From assembly GCA_043228905.1 (NCBI GenBank), contig JBHGNT010000007.1, forward strand, positions 16,802,001 through 16,866,000: 64,000 nucleotides of DNA. Direction: 5' to 3'. The notes under the pieces were generated by a model. That model was not told the origin of the DNA and ran no database searches. It was given only the letters and a program-made list of their open reading frames with translations. Position numbers and translations under genes: made by a program. Of the stretch, positions 59,145-64,000 are shown piece by piece. Positions within the stretch are counted from its first letter, which is position 1; the number at the start of each line of letters is the position of its first letter. Source of the DNA: Azolla caroliniana (lineage: Eukaryota > Plantae > Polypodiophyta).

Positions 59145-59502
59145 ACTAGGATACAATTTTAAGAAAGTCATTTTATCTACCAACCTCATACATTACATTA
59201 TGAAAGTGAAGACGCTTGAAAGTGCTTTACAAGTTTGGGTGTGGTCAAGGATAATGAAAATTATCAAAAGCATTGGCATGAGTACAAACTATTTTTCATT
59301 TGTATAATGAAAAATATGGAAAGTTATTTGATAAAAATCCAATCATGATAAAAAACACAAATTTCGGAAAGATAATGTATGTTAAGTACCTGCTATCCAA
59401 GACAAGAACATGTGAAGACATTGGCACTAGGAATATACATAAATCTCAAGAGGATAGAGTACATCTCACGTACAACTTGTAGCCAAATGGCCTAACCTCG
59501 TT

Positions 59503-62500
59503 GTGGCAATGAACAATAAAGAAGATCTTGTTGTACTTTTATTAGATTTTAAGAAGGTATATGACAGAGTTGATTGGGACTTCATGGAAGGTTCGTTTTT
59601 GAGATTAGGTTTTCCTGCTCAATGGATTAGGGTTGTAGCTTCCTTTTATCGTGAGGCCTTTAGTTCAATCTTGGTAGCCGGTGAGCAAACTAGAAAATTT
59701 TCTATTTCATGTTTTGTACGTCAAGGTTGTCCATTGGCCTTATTCTTGTTTTTGCTAGTAATGGAAACATTCTCAATGTATTTAAATTCTTCTCAAGTTT
59801 CTTTGAAGGGTTTGCCTTTGCCTGCCATGCAACAACAACTGTTGAATGCAGAATTTGCAGATGATATTGCAATTTATGTTCAAGGTAATGATGAAAATTT
59901 AAGTAAATTGCAAGAAGTAGTGGAGGAATTATGTTTGGCCTCTAGAGCAAAGATACATTGGCATAAATCTCTTGGTTTTTGGGTATCACAAAATTCCTGG
60001 CCTACTTGGATGCCTTCGCAGGAATTCAAGTGGGTTCTTGATGGAACCACTACTCGTTACTTAGGCTGCCAAGTGGGACTTCGTGTTACTACAGATATGT
60101 TAGTTGCTCCTCTACTTGTAAAATTAAGGAGAAAATTGTTGCTTTGGGATTTCGTTATCCTGTCACTTGCAGGTCGTGTACTTGTAGCTAACCAAGTTCT
60201 TTTAGCTACTATTTGGTATATTGCTTCTACTACGTTGTTTGCTAGATCGTGTATTTTATAGATGCAACGCCTCATTCGTAATTACATTTGGGGAGTAAAA
60301 ACAGGTCAAGATAAAAGGCCTAAAGTAGCTTGGGTAGTATTGATTGCTCCGCGACAAAATGGTGGGTTGGGGCTGGTGGATCCAGAAGGCTTTGCTTTCT
60401 AAATTTGTGTGTAGAGCTATGTTGCCAATGCAAGGTGTTTGGAGTCGTTTGATGATGCATAGGTTGTCTACTCTGTGTCCGACAATAGGAGGAAAGTGGC
60501 AACCATCATTAAGATGGGCCTTTATTCAGAATTTTCATTTGTTTAAAACAACCTTATCAGAAGATAGGTTTTTTGTTGTCACCGGGCTAGACAAGCCACT
60601 AACACAGGGTATCCCTTTAGAACACTTCACCAAAGGGGTGGTACGGTAAGGTATGTGCAAACCGTGATACAGGACTGATCCTTCCCGGTCACTCTCCGGA
60701 ATGATTAACTTGATACACGCATATGATAATCACATTAAGCACAGAACGGTGTTAACAAGATACACAATATGTAAAGACACAACACTTCTCTATTAATTAT
60801 CCGTCCTCAATTACATCATCTCCGGATCCTTTTATAGGTATCTGGTTGTGCTACAAACCGATGCCAACTGGCAACCGGCTACAAATCGGTCCAGATCTGG
60901 ATCGGCATACCGATTCCGGGTCCGTCCGTCCGATCTTATAATTATCATAATTTATCTAATTACAACTCCCAAAACCAAATCCCCTTTCATACTCTGGCCT
61001 AACGGGCCAACACATGGCACGCCCGTGCGACAGTACATTGTACGTCGAACCCATGGTTAGCCCCTTCATTCATCCTCCAAAATGTCCAGAATGCTCTAGT
61101 CTAGGGGTTCCAACGGTTCATCGGGTAGTTGCTCCATCGGCTGTTGTTGTTGCTCCTCCGGTTATAGTTGTTGTTGTTGTTGTTGGTCTTCAATATGCTC
61201 TTCCTCTCTGGCTCTATTTGTATCCGGCTCTACTATTCTCGGCGCTACTAGTCTTGGCACCATGTCCGTCCGTCCGATCTTATAATTATCATAACGATCT
61301 TATAATTGTTGTAATTATCTAATTACAACTCCCAAAACCAACTCCCATTTCATACTCCGGCCTAACCGGCCAACAGTTTTTAATGGAATTCTCACAAGTT
61401 GGTAAGCTGTTAAAAAGCTTCTATTTCGGAAGGTGCCTTCGACAATGGATGACTTGTTGAGACAGCCTTTGACCTGGAATTTTCTCTTTTCAAATACAAG
61501 GGGTTTTCTGTTTGGTAGCCGTCCTCGGTTGAATTGGGCTTCTATGGATGCATCAATAGCAAGTAATGTTCTATCACGGGGATGTTATGTTATGAATCAA
61601 CCGTTACAATCTCTGTCGAGGCTTTCAGTTCAAGGAAGTGTTATTATGTGTAATGATATGCAAGTGGCATTGGACAATTTATGGCTTCATGGTCCCCCTC
61701 TAGCAATCATATTTGGTTTGGTTATTTCTCTCCTTTAAAAGTTATTCTAGGAGCTAAAGTAATTAACACTACGGGTGATGTAATATACTTTAATGTGGAT
61801 GATGATGGTAGGTTGTGGCATGTATTTTCTGCATCAGATGTGTGGATGTTCGCCAATGTTTCAGCGATTCAAGTAGTTGCAAGATCTAAGAAAAAATGGT
61901 TCTTGGATTCACCCTTTCAAGAATGCTTACGGTGTTGTTCATTGTGGGTTTTTAAAAAAAAACTGCTTTATAATTTGAATTGGGATCCAGCTGATTATCA
62001 ATGGAAAAAACCGAGTGCTAGTGGAAATGGTAAACATTTGGAGTTTTCCCAGTATTTGGTTAAGCTAGGTAGAAATTTATTATTGCAATCAAAGTATAAA
62101 TGCCCTGCTACCGTGAAGCATTGGACTGCAAATAATGTGAATGCATTGCAACTTACAAAATTCTGGAAATGGTTGTGGTGTATGCAGTTGCTGAAAAAAG
62201 TGATTTGTTTTCTTTGGTTGTTGATGCATTATGCTCTTCCTGTTGGTGATTGGTTGAGGCAAAATCAACAATATGCTTGTGGAATGCATTGTGGTGCATC
62301 TATGGAATATTGTTTGCCTTGGTTTTGGTTATGTCCCAAAATCAAGCAATTTTGGAGTAAGTTGTTTTTATTATTGAGACACCAGTATTCTCGTTCTATT
62401 TTCTCGTGGGGTGCAGTATTATGGGGTATCCTTCATGGAGATGTTATGAAGTATGAAAGTATGCATGTTTCTCATGTCTTTCACTTTTCCCATGGGTACA

Positions 62501-63007
62501 TCTATCTCACTTCATTTCCATCTTTTATTCCACGGTTTAGAATTGAAATTTTGATTATTTGGTGTACTATTACGTCATTAGCTCTTTGAACAATATAGAA
62601 AATGAGATGTGAGGTTGTTTTTAATAATGCTCACATACATCTTAGAACCATGCGTATTGAATTCTGGTTGTTATTTGTCCATACCATACATGGGCAATAT
62701 GATGATCTGTAGGGTTCGGTTGATGCTCTAAGGCAACGTGAAGTGGACTTTAAGAAACGGTGGCAAGGGCTTCACTTATTTTCAGATACAACTTCTGGTA
62801 TGAGGTGGAATTATGCCATACCTTCGTTTTTATTGCATAGCTTGTAGCTTGTGTGCTCCTCTCGTTTCTTATATGATATCATTTGTTTGATCAAATGTTG
62901 GTATTAGTTTTTGTATTACAATAGAGGTGAGATGAAACGTCTCCTTCTATTTTCTATATGTACATTTCTCATGTAATATACTAAGGTCTATCTTTCTTGC
63001 AAAAAAA
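59503..63007 (+). mobile_element. 5'-truncated degraded L1-clade LINE (ORF2 RT and zinc-binding region) with A-rich tail
   Basis: LLLDFKKVYDRVDW, VRQGCPLA, EFADD, RYLG, LSLAGRVLV; Cys-rich zf-RVT-like region ~62200-62340; A tract at 63001. Confidence 0.88.
60574..61375. mobile_element. Deleted LTR-element remnant inserted in the LINE
   Basis: TGTTG...CAACA termini; GTTTTT on both flanks; terminal ~100 bp repeated (60920-61012 vs 61265-61375); PBS-like TGGCACGCCCG at 61015. Confidence 0.78.
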
Positions 63008-64000
63008 GAAGAAGAAGCAATAAAAGTCTTGTTTTTGTATCTTTTGTAGTTACTTCTTGGATTTTCTCCTTTCATATAGTTGTACTAGAGCTCTAACTCT
63101 TTTCTATCAATCGTTAACTTGAGCTAAAGAGTGATTACAGCTAAGTGTTAATTAGCCAAACCCTAATCACTCTACCTCTTGTATGTGTGTCGTACACATC
63201 TTTATAATAGAAGCGATGTTCTTCTTCTTGTACTTTGTATGTGTGTTTAATGATAATCTTATACTAAGAGAGAGTTAATGTGAGAGAGGATGAGTGTAAG
63301 AACTAGTTACACTAGGGTTGCGAGACAAGAGGCTCAACCGTGATTGACAACCACTCACGTCTGGTTTGCTACTAATTGGGCAAATGGAGGTCTGGATACT
63401 TTGTCTAACGATATCATTGTGGAGGTATAGCTCCATCAATTCATAGAGTGTGTTGTGTTGTGTGCATAGAAACCACACATCCATTTGAGCTATTGACAGG
63501 CGTAAGACCGACGATTAAACCATTGAATAATTTTTCTTAAACTCCTGAAGCTAGCCTTTGCTAACCTTACAAGAGACCAAGAGGCATTATTTTCTATTTG
63601 TGTGTTAGTATGTTATACATTTTCTTGGCATTTAGGTTTCTTAATAATCCACAAAGGTTGCCCGAAGTTAACTTGCTAACCATTCGGTTTTTTTTTCTGT
63701 TTTTTTTTTCACACTATAAATTTCTTTCAAACTTTTTTAAGGTTTCGACATTGTACATGGTTAAACACTATTTTTTGTACTAACCACTAATTATAATTTT
63801 TTCTTAACATGAACTTGGCTAATATCAATTTTCAAACACCAAATATCAATTTTCAAAAGGCTAATAGTCACAAAGAACAAGCCCTCAACTCTAAAGAGTT
63901 TTTTGATCCACACAAACACAAAAACAATTTCTCAACCTTAAACAAAAATAAATAAATTGTCAGGTGCGGTTCATTACCCCTTCCCCCTCACTCTAATCAA

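Noticed and set aside
61015-61054. tRNA gene on the minus strand
   Set aside because: Only a 3'-end-like fragment; no D-arm or anticodon arm

Overview
Plant nuclear genomic DNA, probably a fern or other non-seed vascular plant (inferred from the PLS-class PPR style and TE types; not provable from sequence alone). 1-18.4 kb is a deep retrotransposon nest. A decayed minus-strand Ty1/copia hosts a tandem-array LTR element and a stack of five related GC-rich Ty3/gypsy LTRs/elements. The stack includes a near-intact gag-PR/-1 frameshift/pol element and, inside its 3' LTR, a very young pol-less element with identical LTRs. That element encodes a 1227-aa capsid-like Gag fused to an acidic repeat tail, has a tRNA-Trp PBS and a 4-bp CpG-centred TSD, and shares covarying cis hairpins with the pol-bearing element. 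This helper/satellite pair is the best candidate for an undescribed system. 19.8-51 kb holds an intronless PLS-E PPR gene and four intronless DREB-type AP2/ERF genes, three of which share an unrecognised C-terminal motif. Also present are a truncated copia with an intact ORF, two hAT-like MITEs, minisatellites, a degraded copia, and a 5'-truncated L1 LINE interrupted by an LTR remnant with a bipartite tRNA-Arg-like PBS. All alignments were made by eye; no database searches were run.
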